From contig CAYVLA010000005.1 in NCBI GenBank assembly GCA_964452145.1, forward strand, positions 1 through 64,000: a DNA stretch of 64,000 nucleotides, written 5' to 3'. Source of the DNA: Candidatus Hadarchaeota archaeon (GTDB lineage: Archaea > CAYQAE01 > CAYVLA01). Shown one piece after another: positions 9,670-20,823 of the stretch. The first letter of the stretch is position 1. The number at the start of each line of letters is the position of its first letter. The position numbers and the translations under genes are program-made. The notes under the pieces were generated by a model that was given only the letters and a program-made list of their open reading frames with translations, ran no database searches and was not told the DNA's origin.

Positions 9670-10874
9670 TCCTCCGCGGGGGCCATGCGTGTCTGTTGCA
9701 CCTCCCGGTAGAGCCTGCGCTTGACCATGAGGGTCCACACGATGTATCCTGCCACCATGGAGGTCCCCGTGACCACCAGCCACTCCGTAACAAAGACCCA
9801 GAACAGGGCCCTGTTCCACAGATCGAAGGAGCTGCCGATCAGATCATCATATGCTATGGACAGAAGATCCAGCCTCGCACCCGATGCTTCCATATCGGCC
9901 TGTATGAAGCTGCGCTTGGCCTCCTGATTCAGATCGGTGAGTCCCTGGAGCTCCATCTCGACCTTCCTCAGGTTGGCCCCGAACTTGTCGGCAAACTCGA
10001 TGAAGGAGAGAAGGTATAGCTTCTTCTGGTAGACCTCGTTGAACTTGGCCCTGATCCGATGCTCGAGGAGCACGTCCTCCGGGATCGGTGCCTGTGCGGT
10101 GAAGTAGGCCAGATGGCAAAGCACGTCCTCGTGGTAGGCCCATCTGTAGAACGTTCCCTCGTCGATGTGCCACTTGTGAACGTAGGCAAATGAGACGCCC
10201 TTGCCCCACATCCAGTAGCACATGTAGGGCTTATCGATGTTTGCCTTGACGTTTGGGCTCATCTCGGCGATGACGGTTGCCCCTTCCTTGGGCCAGGGCT
10301 TGTTGCTGGACGAGATCCAGACCTCTTCCCAGGGCAGGTCCCGGGTCAGCGGGTGACCGGGGATCATCGGCACGCAATGGAACTGCTCGGGCGGCCCGTA
10401 GATCCCGGCCCTGTCGTCGACGGGCAGGATCTCGCCGATCGGCGTAAGGTACCAGGATGGGTGGCTGCCGCTCGTGGCGAATGAAGAAGAATCATCGGCC
10501 ATCAGGAAGCCGATGCCAGAGCTGTTCATCTCCTCTATCAGCCACCTCATGAACTGGGCCGGCATGTCGGTGGCGGACATGCCGTCCTCAACGACTATGT
10601 CGTACTTGTCGAGAAGCTCCTGGCGGCTTCTGGGCATGTAGATCCTCAGGTTTCTCCTGGCATCCTCCCCCATTGACCAAGCGTGAGCGGGCACCGGCAT
10701 CCAGGCTATCCTGGGGTCCCTGACAAAGGTCGGACCGGGGGATGCCGGGTACAGCCACGCCTTGCCGATGTGCAGCATGCGCACGATCCCCGTCTCCGGG
10801 TCCGTGCGGGCTACCGCGATGGGCGAAAGTAGTAGGATCAGGAAGCAGGCAATGACCCTATTGCCTTGCATCAA
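9663..10874 (-). CDS. Family A membrane protein, copy 1 (signal peptide, GATase1-like ectodomain, stalk, C-terminal TM)
   Basis: RIYMPR, EFADKFGAN, ALFWVFVTEW...WTLMVKRRLYREVQQTR. Confidence 0.85.
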   Translation of the reverse strand: MMQGNRVIACFLILLLSPIAVARTDPETGIVRMLHIGKAWLYPASPGPTFVRDPRIAWMPVPAHAWSMGEDARRNLRIYMPRSRQELLDKYDIVVEDGMSATDMPAQFMRWLIEEMNSSGIGFLMADDSSSFATSGSHPSWYLTPIGEILPVDDRAGIYGPPEQFHCVPMIPGHPLTRDLPWEEVWISSSNKPWPKEGATVIAEMSPNVKANIDKPYMCYWMWGKGVSFAYVHKWHIDEGTFYRWAYHEDVLCHLAYFTAQAPIPEDVLLEHRIRAKFNEVYQKKLYLLSFIEFADKFGANLRKVEMELQGLTDLNQEAKRSFIQADMEASGARLDLLSIAYDDLIGSSFDLWNRALFWVFVTEWLVVTGTSMVAGYIVWTLMVKRRLYREVQQTRMAPAEDQ

Positions 10875-11028
10875 TCCTAGGATGGGACTTGCGCATTAAT
10901 CTCTTATGCTGCAGGCTGCTGCAGGCTGCAGGCGGGTGGGCTCAAGCGGGCGCGCGGGCGGAGGGATGACGATGGCAAGATCGATAGAGATTTGAGTGAA
11001 GACCGCTAGGCCAGATGGGAAGGTCGGA

Positions 11029-12273
11029 ATGACTCGCCTGCCCCTGATGCTGGCTGCGTCCCTCACCGTTCTTCTATCGATTTCGGTTTATGCGAAGACC
11101 GGGCCGACAGGGGTGATCCGGATTCTCTGCATCGGCGAATCCTACTATCCCGAGACAGTCCTTCCCCTGGTGATCAGCGGCGATCCCAAGATCGAGTACA
11201 ACCCCCTGCCGGCCAACATGGGGGAGGGTACCTTCACCTTCGGTGGACCAACGGCCCTCAAGAAATTCGTCAGGATATACATTCCGCGGAGGTACGAAGA
11301 CTTCCTCGCCAGATACGACATCGTCATCCTCTCCGACTTTCCGGCCGTCTTCCTTGAGTTCGAGCACCTCAGGTGGTTTGAGCAGGCGGTGCGCGAGGAA
11401 GGAGTTGGGCTTGGCAAGTACGAGCTCAACTATGGAATCGGCGGGAGCGCCTACCCGATGGAGCACTGGAGAGAGAGCCCAGTCTATCAGGCGTTCCCGG
11501 CCGATCTGCCCGATCTCCTGCTGCCCTGCCACGGCTGGCTGGGGGAGGCCGGGCGACCCCCTGGCGGGGTCCGAGTCCAGAAGGGGAACCCGATGGTCGA
11601 TCTGCCGGGGGTGGAACGATATCTGCTGTTCGGTTCCGGTGTTTACGGGCTGGAACTGCCCAGGCCCGGATCCCAGACTATTGCGTGGTGGCGGGGCACG
11701 GATCTGGACGCCATCATAATCCGGAAATACGGCTCTGGCCGGACAGCCAGCACGGTTGGCGGTTTGGACTGGATGGATGGCCAGGCCGCGCAACAGTGGG
11801 ATTTCTACCCAGATTTCTTCGCCAACCAGTTCTACTGGCTTGCGGCGGAGGAGGTTTACGAGGATCCCTTCCTGATCAACTCGATTAGGAAGGGGTTGCG
11901 CGATTTGCAGATCAGAACCCAGCTGGTCCTATCAGTCGTGGCTTTTGTGGAGACCTTCGGTGCCTCCGGAACCAGCTTGGAAGCCGATCTTGATCGGATT
12001 AGCAGGCTCCGATCGGAAGCAAAGGACCTCTATCTTGGACAAGACTACGTCCTATGCCGGGACGCGATCGAGACATCCCTAGTCCTCATGTCTGCCGCGG
12101 AACAGAGGTCTCTCAGGCTCAAGGATCAGGCTTTGCTGTGGATCTACGTCATCGAGTGGCTGGTCGTGAGCGGGACGGCGCTTGGATGCGGGTTCGTCGT
12201 CTACTCGTTGATGATCAGGCGCCGCATGTATAGAGAGGTCTCCGTGACTAGGCTGTCTGCTGAGGCCGGCTGA
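11029..12273 (+). CDS. Family A membrane protein, copy 2
   Basis: RIYIPR, YDIVILSD, FVETFGAS, ALLWIYVIEW...YSLMIRRRMYREVSVTR. Confidence 0.85.
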   Translation: MTRLPLMLAASLTVLLSISVYAKTGPTGVIRILCIGESYYPETVLPLVISGDPKIEYNPLPANMGEGTFTFGGPTALKKFVRIYIPRRYEDFLARYDIVILSDFPAVFLEFEHLRWFEQAVREEGVGLGKYELNYGIGGSAYPMEHWRESPVYQAFPADLPDLLLPCHGWLGEAGRPPGGVRVQKGNPMVDLPGVERYLLFGSGVYGLELPRPGSQTIAWWRGTDLDAIIIRKYGSGRTASTVGGLDWMDGQAAQQWDFYPDFFANQFYWLAAEEVYEDPFLINSIRKGLRDLQIRTQLVLSVVAFVETFGASGTSLEADLDRISRLRSEAKDLYLGQDYVLCRDAIETSLVLMSAAEQRSLRLKDQALLWIYVIEWLVVSGTALGCGFVVYSLMIRRRMYREVSVTRLSAEAG

Positions 12274-12274
12274 C

Positions 12275-13441
12275 CTATCCTCCCTGAGGGAATCTATCGA
12301 AGAAACCTCTCCTGCCCGCCGAGCGTCCGCTCTCTTCTAGGGCTTTGAGTTCCTCGATGAGCTCCTTCTTCCGGCCAGAGATCTTTCTCGGGATCTCCAC
12401 CCGGACCCTCACGTTTTGGTCCCCCATGCCTCCCCTCTGCAGGTCGGGCAGTCCCTTTCCTCTGAGCCTGAAGACCGTTCCGCTCTCGGTGCCCGGCGGA
12501 ATCCTGATATTCGCTTTCCCCTTCAGCGTTGGGACTTCAACCTCGCCGCCCAGCACCAATGTCGCGTAGGTGACGGGGACCTGCAGGTAGATCTCGGCCC
12601 CGTCCCTTTCGAAGACGTCGTGGGGCCTGACGTGGATCACAACATACAGGTCACCCGGAGGTCCGCCCATCTCTCCCTGCTCCCCCTCCCCCGAAAGCCT
12701 GAGCCGGGAACCGTTGTCAACACCAGCCGGTATGTTGACCGAGATCCTCCTGTCCCTCCTCACCGCGCCCGTGCCTCGGCAGGTCCTGCACTGCTTCTCC
12801 ACGATGCGGCCTCTACCCCCGCATCTCGGGCACGGGGCTATGCGAACGAACTGGCTGAAGCCCCTGGTCTGGACATCCCTCACCTGCCCCCGGCCCCCAC
12901 ACTGGGTACAGGTGCGCATGGCGGTGCTTCCTTCCGCTCCAGTTCCTCCACAGCTGGGGCACTTCTCCTCCCGGTTGACTTCGATCTCCTTCTTCGATCC
13001 GAAGGCAGCCTCCTGGAAATCGATCTCCAGATCATAGCGCAGATCGGAGCCCCTGCTCGGCCCCTCCCTGCCCCGGCGATCGAAGAAGAAATCGAAAAGG
13101 GATCCCCCTCCGAAGAAGTCACCGAATACGCCTCCTCCGAAGATATCGTTCAGATCGCCGAAGTGGGTGAAGTCCCTCCAATCGAATCCACCGGGGCTGA
13201 AGTTGTCCTGCACCCCCGCGAAGCCATAGGTGTCGTACTTGCTCCTCTTGTCCTGATCGACGAGGACCTCGTATGCCTCCGAGAGTTCCTTGAACTTCTC
13301 CTCGGCTTCCTTGGGATTGTCCTTGTTCAGGTCTGGGTGGTACTTCTTGGCCAGCCTTCTGTATGCCTTCTTGATCTCATCGGTGGAGGCTTCTCGCGAA
13401 AGTCCTAGAACTTCGTAGTAGTCCCGCTTCTGGGCCAACAA
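12275..13441 (-). CDS. dnaJ: Chaperone DnaJ
   Basis: J-domain with HPD, G/F-rich region, four CxxCxGxG repeats. Confidence 0.98.
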   Translation of the reverse strand: MLAQKRDYYEVLGLSREASTDEIKKAYRRLAKKYHPDLNKDNPKEAEEKFKELSEAYEVLVDQDKRSKYDTYGFAGVQDNFSPGGFDWRDFTHFGDLNDIFGGGVFGDFFGGGSLFDFFFDRRGREGPSRGSDLRYDLEIDFQEAAFGSKKEIEVNREEKCPSCGGTGAEGSTAMRTCTQCGGRGQVRDVQTRGFSQFVRIAPCPRCGGRGRIVEKQCRTCRGTGAVRRDRRISVNIPAGVDNGSRLRLSGEGEQGEMGGPPGDLYVVIHVRPHDVFERDGAEIYLQVPVTYATLVLGGEVEVPTLKGKANIRIPPGTESGTVFRLRGKGLPDLQRGGMGDQNVRVRVEIPRKISGRKKELIEELKALEESGRSAGRRGFFDRFPQGG

Positions 13442-13461
13442 GTACCACCGCTGTCGCCGGT

Positions 13462-15330
13462 CTACTTCTTATCCTCGTCCACGACTTCGTAGTCGGCGTC
13501 CACGACTCTGTCCTTGCCAGCTTCCCTTTGCTGGCCCGTCGCCTCGTCCTTGCCTGCGTCCGCCTGCTCCTTGGGACCAGCCTGCTGATAGATCTTGGTG
13601 GTCGCCTCGTACATCACCTTGGTTAGCTTCTCGATGGCTTCGTTTATCCTAGCTGAATCCTCCGTCGCCATGGCTTCGCGAAGCGCCTTGGCCTCGGCCT
13701 CGATCGCAGTTTTCTGGTCAGAGGTGAGCTTGTCCCCCGTATCCTTGATGGTTTTCTCGGCCGCGTACACCATCGTGTCGCCCTTGTTTTTCAGCTCGGC
13801 CATTTCGCGCCTCTTCTTGTCTTCCTCCGCATGCTTTTCCGCCTCCTTCATCATTCTGTCTATCTCGGTTTGTCCCAGCTTGGTAGAGGCGGTTATCGTC
13901 ATCTTCTGCTCCTTCCCGGTGGCTAGGTCCTTGGCACCCACATTGAGTATACCGTTGGCATCGATGTCGAATGTCACCTCGATCTGGGGCACCCCTCTGG
14001 GTGCAGGGGGAATCCCGACGAGGGTGAATCTCCCCAGGGAGATGTTGTCCCCAGCCATTGCCCTCTCCCCTTGGAGAACGTGGATCTCCACGCTGGTCTG
14101 GAAGTCGGATGCAGTGGAGAATATCTGGCTCTTTCTGGTCGGAATCGTCGTGTTCCGCTCTATCAGCTTGGTGAACACGCCGCCCAGAGTCTCTATGCCG
14201 AGGGTTAAAGGCGTGACATCCAGCAGCAACACGTCCTTGATCTCCCCTGCTAGAACCGCGCCCTGGATGGCGGCTCCCATCGCCACGCACTCCATGGGAT
14301 CGATGCCTCTCTCCGCATCTTTGCCCAAGATGGATTTGAACCTCTCCTTCACCGAAGGCATCCTGGTTGGCCCACCAACCAGTATTATCTTGTGCACGTC
14401 CTCCGGCCTCAATTTGGCATCGGATAGGGCGGTCCTTATCGGCTTCGCCAGCTGGTCTAGGATGGGGTCAATGAGTTCCTCCAGCTTGGCCCGCGTTAGC
14501 ACCATCTCCAGGTTCTTGGGCCCCTTGGAGTCGCTAGCGATGAAGGGCAGGCTGATCTGGCTGCTCACCGTGCTGGATAGCTCTATCTTGGCCTTCTCGG
14601 CCGCCTCCCTGACCCTCTGCATGGCGGCGTGATCGGAGGTCAGGTCTATGCCCGTCTTGGTTTTGAACTCCCGGACCATCCAATCGACTATCCTCTGATC
14701 CATATCGGTGCCCCCCAGCTGGGTGTCCCCGCTGGTGGAGATCACCTCAAAAACCCCTTCGCCGATCTCCATTATGGTGACATCGAACGTGCCCCCGCCC
14801 AGATCAAGGATGGCGATCTTCATGCTGCCCTCCCTGTCTAGCCCGTAGGCGAGCGCGGCCGCGGTGGGCTCGTTGATGATCCGTAGGACCTCCAGGCCCG
14901 CGATCTGGCCTGCGTCCTTGGTTGCCTGTCTCTGGTTGTCGTTGAAGTAGGCGGGCACGGTTACGACCGCCTGCTTCACCTCCTCGCCCAGGAAGGCCGA
15001 TGCGTCGTCCTTGATCTTGCGCAGGACCAAGGCCGAGATCTCTTGGGGGGTATAAGCCTTGTTGTCTATCCGGACCTTGTAGTCTGTGCCCATCTTCCTC
15101 TTGATGCCCATGACGGTTCTATCGGGCTTCAGCGCGGCCTGTCTGCGGGCCGGCTCACCTACCAGGGTTGTTCCATCCTCCATGAAGCAGACAACGGAGG
15201 GAAACATCTTTCCCGCGTAGGTCGGTCCCTCTGCGCTCGGCACGATGACGGGGCGTCCCCCCTCGACCACAGCGCATTGGGAGTTGCTGGTGCCTAGATC
15301 AATGCCGACTATTTTTGCCAAAACGATCAC
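13462..15330 (-). CDS. dnaK: Chaperone DnaK (Hsp70)
   Basis: [25 protein letters not shown] and LLLDVTPL. The short [10 protein letters not shown] segment is typical of archaeal/Gram-positive DnaK. Confidence 0.99.
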   Translation of the reverse strand: MIVLAKIVGIDLGTSNSQCAVVEGGRPVIVPSAEGPTYAGKMFPSVVCFMEDGTTLVGEPARRQAALKPDRTVMGIKRKMGTDYKVRIDNKAYTPQEISALVLRKIKDDASAFLGEEVKQAVVTVPAYFNDNQRQATKDAGQIAGLEVLRIINEPTAAALAYGLDREGSMKIAILDLGGGTFDVTIMEIGEGVFEVISTSGDTQLGGTDMDQRIVDWMVREFKTKTGIDLTSDHAAMQRVREAAEKAKIELSSTVSSQISLPFIASDSKGPKNLEMVLTRAKLEELIDPILDQLAKPIRTALSDAKLRPEDVHKIILVGGPTRMPSVKERFKSILGKDAERGIDPMECVAMGAAIQGAVLAGEIKDVLLLDVTPLTLGIETLGGVFTKLIERNTTIPTRKSQIFSTASDFQTSVEIHVLQGERAMAGDNISLGRFTLVGIPPAPRGVPQIEVTFDIDANGILNVGAKDLATGKEQKMTITASTKLGQTEIDRMMKEAEKHAEEDKKRREMAELKNKGDTMVYAAEKTIKDTGDKLTSDQKTAIEAEAKALREAMATEDSARINEAIEKLTKVMYEATTKIYQQAGPKEQADAGKDEATGQQREAGKDRVVDADYEVVDEDKK

Positions 15331-15333
15331 CTC

Positions 15334-15990
15334 TCATTTCTTCTCGCAGTGGCCGCACGACACGGCCACCTTTGCGGGCCTTATGACCTTGGAGTTAAGC
15401 AGGTATCCCTTCATGTACTCCTGAACCACCGTGTTCTCCGGGTGTTCATCGCTCTCAACGCGGCATACAGCTTCGTGGTATCTGGTGTCGAACGGCTTCC
15501 CCACGGCCTCGATGCGAGAGAGGCCCTCTTTGCGAAGGATCTCGTTGAGCTGTTCGAGGGTCAGCCTCACCCCTTCCACCAACGAGTCCCAAGCCTCCGG
15601 TCCCGATCGTATGCTGGCCTCAATGGCTCGCTCCAGATTCTCGGACACGTCCACCAGCGGCTTCACCACGTTCTCGGAGGCAGTCCTAGTTATCTCGGCT
15701 CGTTCTCGGTCGGCCCTCTTCCTGTAGTTGTCGAACTCTGCCTGCATCCTCATCAGCCTATCGAGATAGCCTTCGGCAAGCTTCCGCTGCTCGGAGAGAG
15801 CGTTCTGAAGTCCCTGGTTCTCCAGCGCCAGCTCCTCGGTGCGCTTTGTGAGCTGCTCGAGCCTTCCAGAAAGCTCCTCCGTCTCCTTTCTTGCGGGCGA
15901 TTCTGCACGGTGTTTTCTTCCTGTCTTCCTCGAAGGATCGTCGACGCCCTCCGGTTGCACAAGGATCCCCGCTGTAGCACCCTTTATCAC
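15334..15990 (-). CDS. grpE: Nucleotide exchange factor GrpE
   Basis: QAEFDNYRKR, GKPFD..YHEAV and KGY.LN..VIRPAKVAV; lies directly upstream of dnaK. Confidence 0.97.
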   Translation of the reverse strand: MIKGATAGILVQPEGVDDPSRKTGRKHRAESPARKETEELSGRLEQLTKRTEELALENQGLQNALSEQRKLAEGYLDRLMRMQAEFDNYRKRADRERAEITRTASENVVKPLVDVSENLERAIEASIRSGPEAWDSLVEGVRLTLEQLNEILRKEGLSRIEAVGKPFDTRYHEAVCRVESDEHPENTVVQEYMKGYLLNSKVIRPAKVAVSCGHCEKK

Positions 15991-16020
15991 TACTTCGCGC
16001 GTCGGGTTTTTAATCTATCC

Positions 16021-16803
16021 TCATTGCAGGCATTCTGCTTCAGGTCCGCAAAGGCGAATGACGGAGGCGACTGGGACGTCACCGATCCGATCCTTGGAGG
16101 CAAGGTATATGTAGGACGCGCCCCACTCAATCGATTGCCTGAGCCTGAAACCGGCCAAGGCCGAGAGCCTCTTCACCTCGGAGGGTCCCATGAGGAGCCA
16201 TTGAAACCAAGGACCATCCAGACCGCCGTATCTTGCCCGAATCCTAAGATGCCCCTCGGGGCGTCCGGCCCCTGCGTTTCTCCGCCTGTATTCATCATCA
16301 AGGCCTGAATCCGGGTGCGACGGGTCAACGCTGTGGGCGATGAGGATGCCCTTCCTCGACATGACCCGCCCTGCTTCCATGAGCATCGTTGCGGTCTCAG
16401 GGGTTCCCCCCGCCATCCCCAGACCATTGCCCATCAGCAGCATAGTGTCAAAACTGCCGGTCTTGAACGGCAGCCTCACGGAGTCCCCGATCACCAGCCG
16501 TTTCCCTCCCCTCTCCCTACAAAGGCGAAGAACGGTCCCTGACCTGTCGAGCCCGACGCACTCAGCGCTGTCCTGCAACGGAACGAGAACCCGTCCCGGT
16601 CCGCATCCCAGGTCCAACACTCTGCCGCGGGCCCCCCCTAGGGCCATCCGCTCCTCGGGTGCCCAATCATCCCTACCTGCCAGATAGGGCCAGATGGGCT
16701 CCTCGATCTCCAAGCCATCATCCCTCTCCATGACCAATCTCCCCCGACTGACGCCTCTGTCATGGTCGACAAGCGCGTTTCCGAAGGGATCGGGAGCCCG
16801 CAT
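16021..16803 (-). CDS. Class I SAM-dependent methyltransferase
   Basis: VLDLGCGPGR, GLDRS and FDTMLLMGNGLGMAG. Confidence 0.9.
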   Translation of the reverse strand: MRAPDPFGNALVDHDRGVSRGRLVMERDDGLEIEEPIWPYLAGRDDWAPEERMALGGARGRVLDLGCGPGRVLVPLQDSAECVGLDRSGTVLRLCRERGGKRLVIGDSVRLPFKTGSFDTMLLMGNGLGMAGGTPETATMLMEAGRVMSRKGILIAHSVDPSHPDSGLDDEYRRRNAGAGRPEGHLRIRARYGGLDGPWFQWLLMGPSEVKRLSALAGFRLRQSIEWGASYIYLASKDRIGDVPVASVIRLCGPEAECLQ

Positions 16804-16929
16804 GGTAACCCTGGGAATTGCGTCGAGATAAGGATTTCGCAGGGGCAACCCCATCGTGGGCGAGGGGAAATGGGAAACGGGACAACCTAAATACCCGCTC
16901 AACCTATCAGCAGACTAGGCTGTGGACTC

Positions 16930-17976
16930 GTGAAGAGAACTTATGCAATCATTCTTTCAATCGCCGGCTTGGCCGGGACAACTTTCCTGCTCGTCTTCAT
17001 CCCCAGCTCAGTTCTGGCGTACGTCGCCATGCTCTTCTTAGCTTTGGTCACCGGTGTCTACCTCCTCCCGTCTCCACATCCCGGGAAGTGCCTAGTCTTT
17101 CCCCGTTCACACCCCTTCTTCCGCTACATGCAGATCGCAACCATTGCATCGGTGCCTTTGACCTTCCTTTTCGTCTACTTCGGGATATCCTCAGTCCTAG
17201 ATGCCAATCTCCCGGTGATCGTAGTCTTGGGGGGTCTGAGGCTGCTCCCCGGGAGGGTCATCGAGGAGATCGTTCACAGGCTCAGAAGGAAGCTGTTGGT
17301 GGAGACCGCCGAAGTCCAAAACCTGTCCGGCCTCAAGCCTTCACCCATGTCCAAGGTGACGGGCTATATCTTCGGGATGCGAAAGAGGAGAAGGCTTCTC
17401 GGAGAGACTGCGTTCAACGTTTGGCTGATCGATGAGTCATACCAGAAGATCTTCCTGACCTCGGTGAGCGAGATCCGTGGAATCACCGAGCCAGTGAGAG
17501 AGGGAGCCAGACTTGTGGCCGTTGGCCCCTCTGAGCACGGACACGGCATCAAGGCACTTCAGCCCGCTGTCTCGCTGGTCCTCAAGGAGGGCTGGGCGGG
17601 AAGCCATGCTGATTGGCTGGATCAACTCTGGAGGAAGACCTTGAGACGCAGACTTCTGTGGTCAGTGGGAGGTTCGATGGCATACGTCATTGCGATGGGG
17701 GTTCTGGGTTTCGCCATCTCGGGGATGGTCGGTCGCACCGGGATCATTTTGGGTCTATCCCTCTTCTCCGCCCTATTCTTCGGTCTGTTCTCGATCAAGG
17801 GTCTAAAGGAGGGGGCGGTCTATGACGTGGAGGGATATTTCGAGCCCACCTTGCGCGGCCTGCCTGACGGGATCAGAAACAGACGGCTGCGACATCTCAG
17901 GGGCCTCGCCGACTCTGGGCACATCCCGGAGGAATACATTCTCCTGCTGGAGAAGGCGGGGCCGCTCCAGATATAG
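16930..17976 (+). CDS. Hypothetical polytopic membrane protein
   Basis: About four N-terminal and two C-terminal hydrophobic segments around a soluble domain; long ORF with no competing gene. Confidence 0.65.
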   Translation: MKRTYAIILSIAGLAGTTFLLVFIPSSVLAYVAMLFLALVTGVYLLPSPHPGKCLVFPRSHPFFRYMQIATIASVPLTFLFVYFGISSVLDANLPVIVVLGGLRLLPGRVIEEIVHRLRRKLLVETAEVQNLSGLKPSPMSKVTGYIFGMRKRRRLLGETAFNVWLIDESYQKIFLTSVSEIRGITEPVREGARLVAVGPSEHGHGIKALQPAVSLVLKEGWAGSHADWLDQLWRKTLRRRLLWSVGGSMAYVIAMGVLGFAISGMVGRTGIILGLSLFSALFFGLFSIKGLKEGAVYDVEGYFEPTLRGLPDGIRNRRLRHLRGLADSGHIPEEYILLLEKAGPLQI

Positions 17977-18238
17977 CTCGCTACTCCACGGTCTCAATCG
18001 AGGCCTTCAGGCCCAGCTGTTCCATGGAGTGGGCTATGCGTTCGACGACTGCCTTAAGAGCCGATCTGGGGACTTTTGAATCCTCTCGGTCTCTGATATC
18101 CGATATGGTGATCCTGCATCCTTTCTTAGGTTGGACTCCTCGCCTCTCGGCTCCCATGGGAACCTGTCCTGCATGTTAGGGATTATTAGCTCGTTTGTAG
18201 CACCGGACTGTTTGCCTAACGTTTCGGGGATTGCTACA

Positions 18239-18808
18239 TCAGGTCGTCCGGTCCAACGCGGCAAGAACCCGGGCGAAGACCTCCTCAACGCTCCCGCTTG
18301 CGTCGATCAGGTGGATGCGAGTGGGGAATAGGTGCGCTCTCTGGACCATGATGAGGTACTGCTGTCTGACCTTGCCCAGAAAACCAGGCTCCTCGAACCT
18401 CTCGGTACGCGAGCATCTGGAGTAAGCGATGTCGGGATCGATATCGAGTATGAGCATCACGTCGGGCAGCCGAAGAGAGCCCCAGTTGTTGGCCCGGAGT
18501 ATATCGTCCCAGGATATGCCCTGCGCACCCTGATAGGCCAGCGAGCAGAATATGGACCGGCTGGAAACAAGCGCCTTTCCCTGCGAGAGCCACAGGTCGA
18601 TCTTGGGCTTCAGTAGCCAACGGTCGAGGGCGAACAGAAGCACATCGGTCCAGGGATCCCTGCTTCTCTCCAGAAGCCTCTTCACGAATGCATGATATGG
18701 TTCGGAGAAGCTTGATACCCTGCCCCATCGGCGAGCCAGATGAGTCTTGAGCAGCCGCTGCAGCGTGGTCTTGCCCGAACCATCGATTCCGCCTATTGCG
18801 ATATACGT
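18239..18808 (-). CDS. tmk: Thymidylate kinase-like P-loop kinase with non-canonical (ACG) or lost start codon
   Basis: In-frame YIAIGGIDGSGKTT...SEP...LLFALDR...SLAYQG...PDVMLILDID...RFE..FL.KVRQQY...IDAS. The P-loop lies upstream of the GTG at 18685. Confidence 0.75.
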   Translation of the reverse strand, partial: TYIAIGGIDGSGKTTLQRLLKTHLARRWGRVSSFSEPYHAFVKRLLERSRDPWTDVLLFALDRWLLKPKIDLWLSQGKALVSSRSIFCSLAYQGAQGISWDDILRANNWGSLRLPDVMLILDIDPDIAYSRCSRTERFEEPGFLGKVRQQYLIMVQRAHLFPTRIHLIDASGSVEEVFARVLAALDRTT

Positions 18809-20229
18809 GGTCTCCCCTTCCTATCTTGGATCTCGCCGATGACCACGCCTGCAGTGAGGCAGTCACCAAGCCCGACGGTGTTGAGCGTGGTCTTTGAGAG
18901 AAGGCATGGGGTTAGTACGATCCATCCCTCCCTGCCCAGGTTCCAGATCCCCGGCCCCCTTTCGGTGCCAAGAGACCTGAAGCGATGGTAGGATTCGAGC
19001 CCGATGGCACTGGGTTGTAGTGCATCCGATTCAACCAGTCCTCTCAGAGCGGCGGGATCCCCGAAATCGCCCGTATAGGCTCGGTTCTGGGAGCAGAGGA
19101 CGCCCAGCATCTGGGCATCGCTCACGACCTCCGGTTCCACGCCGTATTCCCCCATGACCGCGGAGACAACGAAATCCCTGCTATGCACAAGGACCTTGCC
19201 CAAGCCGTATGAGCTGGCGAAATCCGTCATGGCCCCCGCCATTCCCGCGGGATCCGAGGGTTCGATGGGGGACCCCATTGCGGCCCTCAGCTCATCCTCG
19301 TTCATTCCGATGCTATCTGATACCTCGCAGGCCATTCTGAGGATGTCTCGTCTAATGGCGGTATCCTGTACATCTGCCATCTCGAAGTGGACCTTCATCT
19401 CGGGCTGGCCGCGTCTCCACCTGCGGACCAGGCCCAGCACCTCTTCAAGGCGGTCAATGTATGTGGCCCCGTCCGGGTAGGAGCTCTTCAGCATATGCAG
19501 ACCGGTTAGGATACACTTGTCGATTCCGCCTAGGCGCTTCTTGACCCCTCTAACGAACGCCGGATCAACCACGATCCTCCCGTTGTAGTCGTCCGCATTG
19601 GCGATGAACCGGTTGTTTCTGGGGGCAACGATGCGTCTGCCTGCCCAGTGGAAGGACGTCCCCTCCTTGAACTCAAGGATCAGGTGGACCAGCTCCCTGT
19701 CAGGCCTGGAGGCAGTGCTCGGTAGGTCGAATTCGACCTTTCCGTTCCTGATCACCGGCAGGAGGATGTTTTTCCGGTCCAGAAAGAGCCGGGCCTGCCT
19801 CTCCGGAAGCTGTACCGCGTGGGGGATGACGAACCTTGCGCCGAGAATCGACAAGGCATTTGTCATGATCCCGGCGTTTCCCCCCATGCGGAAGGCATCG
19901 ATGGGAAGCCTTGAGACGATCCAGTCATAGGCGGACTGGTCATATATCATGTACTCGCCTCCGGCACCCCTTTCCATGAAATGCATCAGACCCGCCAGAA
20001 AATCCGCCGGGGCATCGATCCGGCCGGGGGGATTAGCTCTGCGACAGAAGGCGTCGTCGGAGGCCTTGGCATCCGATCTCAGAACCGCCTCAAGTCGTTG
20101 GGTTGTGAGATTGATGATCCCGTCTATGTTTGTGTTGAAGGCTACAGCCAAACCCCCGGACGAGGAGATCCTTCCAAGGAACCTGTCCACGGCCCCGCGA
20201 TAGAGCCTCGCCCAGTCCGGTTGTGCCAC
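18793..20229 (-). CDS. ADP-dependent glucokinase/phosphofructokinase
   Basis: AFNTNIDG, RMGGNAGIM, LVHLILEF, NNRFI, HFEMA, SIGMNEDEL and NTVGLGD. Confidence 0.93.
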   Translation of the reverse strand: MAQPDWARLYRGAVDRFLGRISSSGGLAVAFNTNIDGIINLTTQRLEAVLRSDAKASDDAFCRRANPPGRIDAPADFLAGLMHFMERGAGGEYMIYDQSAYDWIVSRLPIDAFRMGGNAGIMTNALSILGARFVIPHAVQLPERQARLFLDRKNILLPVIRNGKVEFDLPSTASRPDRELVHLILEFKEGTSFHWAGRRIVAPRNNRFIANADDYNGRIVVDPAFVRGVKKRLGGIDKCILTGLHMLKSSYPDGATYIDRLEEVLGLVRRWRRGQPEMKVHFEMADVQDTAIRRDILRMACEVSDSIGMNEDELRAAMGSPIEPSDPAGMAGAMTDFASSYGLGKVLVHSRDFVVSAVMGEYGVEPEVVSDAQMLGVLCSQNRAYTGDFGDPAALRGLVESDALQPSAIGLESYHRFRSLGTERGPGIWNLGREGWIVLTPCLLSKTTLNTVGLGDCLTAGVVIGEIQDRKGRPRISQ

Positions 20230-20413
20230 CGTTTCATCCTCTCGATGTGCATGGCTTGTGCGTTGAAAACTCTAATCGCCTCCACGAGACAGTTCAAAAA
20301 TACATTTATGAGGGATAAACGTTGCTGACCTCCAGGTTAGGGCTAGGTTTGCTTCTCGCTGCGGGCGGTCCTGCCGTCCCGGGTGGACCTAGCTAGAGAA
20401 GGAGGATCGCAAC

Positions 20414-20821
20414 TTGTCAGTTACCGATGAGATCGTTGGGTTCTACTCCACGATCCTGAACGGACCCCTTCGACACTACGCGGGGATTGTGGGCGGAGGG
20501 GCTGTGGACCTGATCACAAGGCCGGCCCTCGAGAGGGCTCGGAATGAGCACAAGTTCTTGGAGGCCGTCCAGTTGAAGGATGGCAGGATTGAGGCAAAGG
20601 AGATCTCCGCCGATATCGAGGTTATGAAAGGCGGGTTCAATGCCCTCACCAAAGCGATCGTTGACAGCCTCGGCTACGTATTCGGGCCCGACCAGGTCAT
20701 AAAGGAGACCCGGAGGACGTACAAGGAAGCAGCCGCCTCCGTGGCCAAGCTCATCCAGGACGCCAAGATCGCAAAGGATCTCCCCGCCTTCCTTTCGGAG
20801 GAGATCTGGGAGGAGGTTTGA
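20414..20821 (+). CDS. Small helical hypothetical protein
   Basis: AGGAGG RBS before the TTG start; the stop abuts the next gene, indicating an operon. Confidence 0.75.
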   Translation: MSVTDEIVGFYSTILNGPLRHYAGIVGGGAVDLITRPALERARNEHKFLEAVQLKDGRIEAKEISADIEVMKGGFNALTKAIVDSLGYVFGPDQVIKETRRTYKEAAASVAKLIQDAKIAKDLPAFLSEEIWEEV

Positions 20822-20823
20822 TC

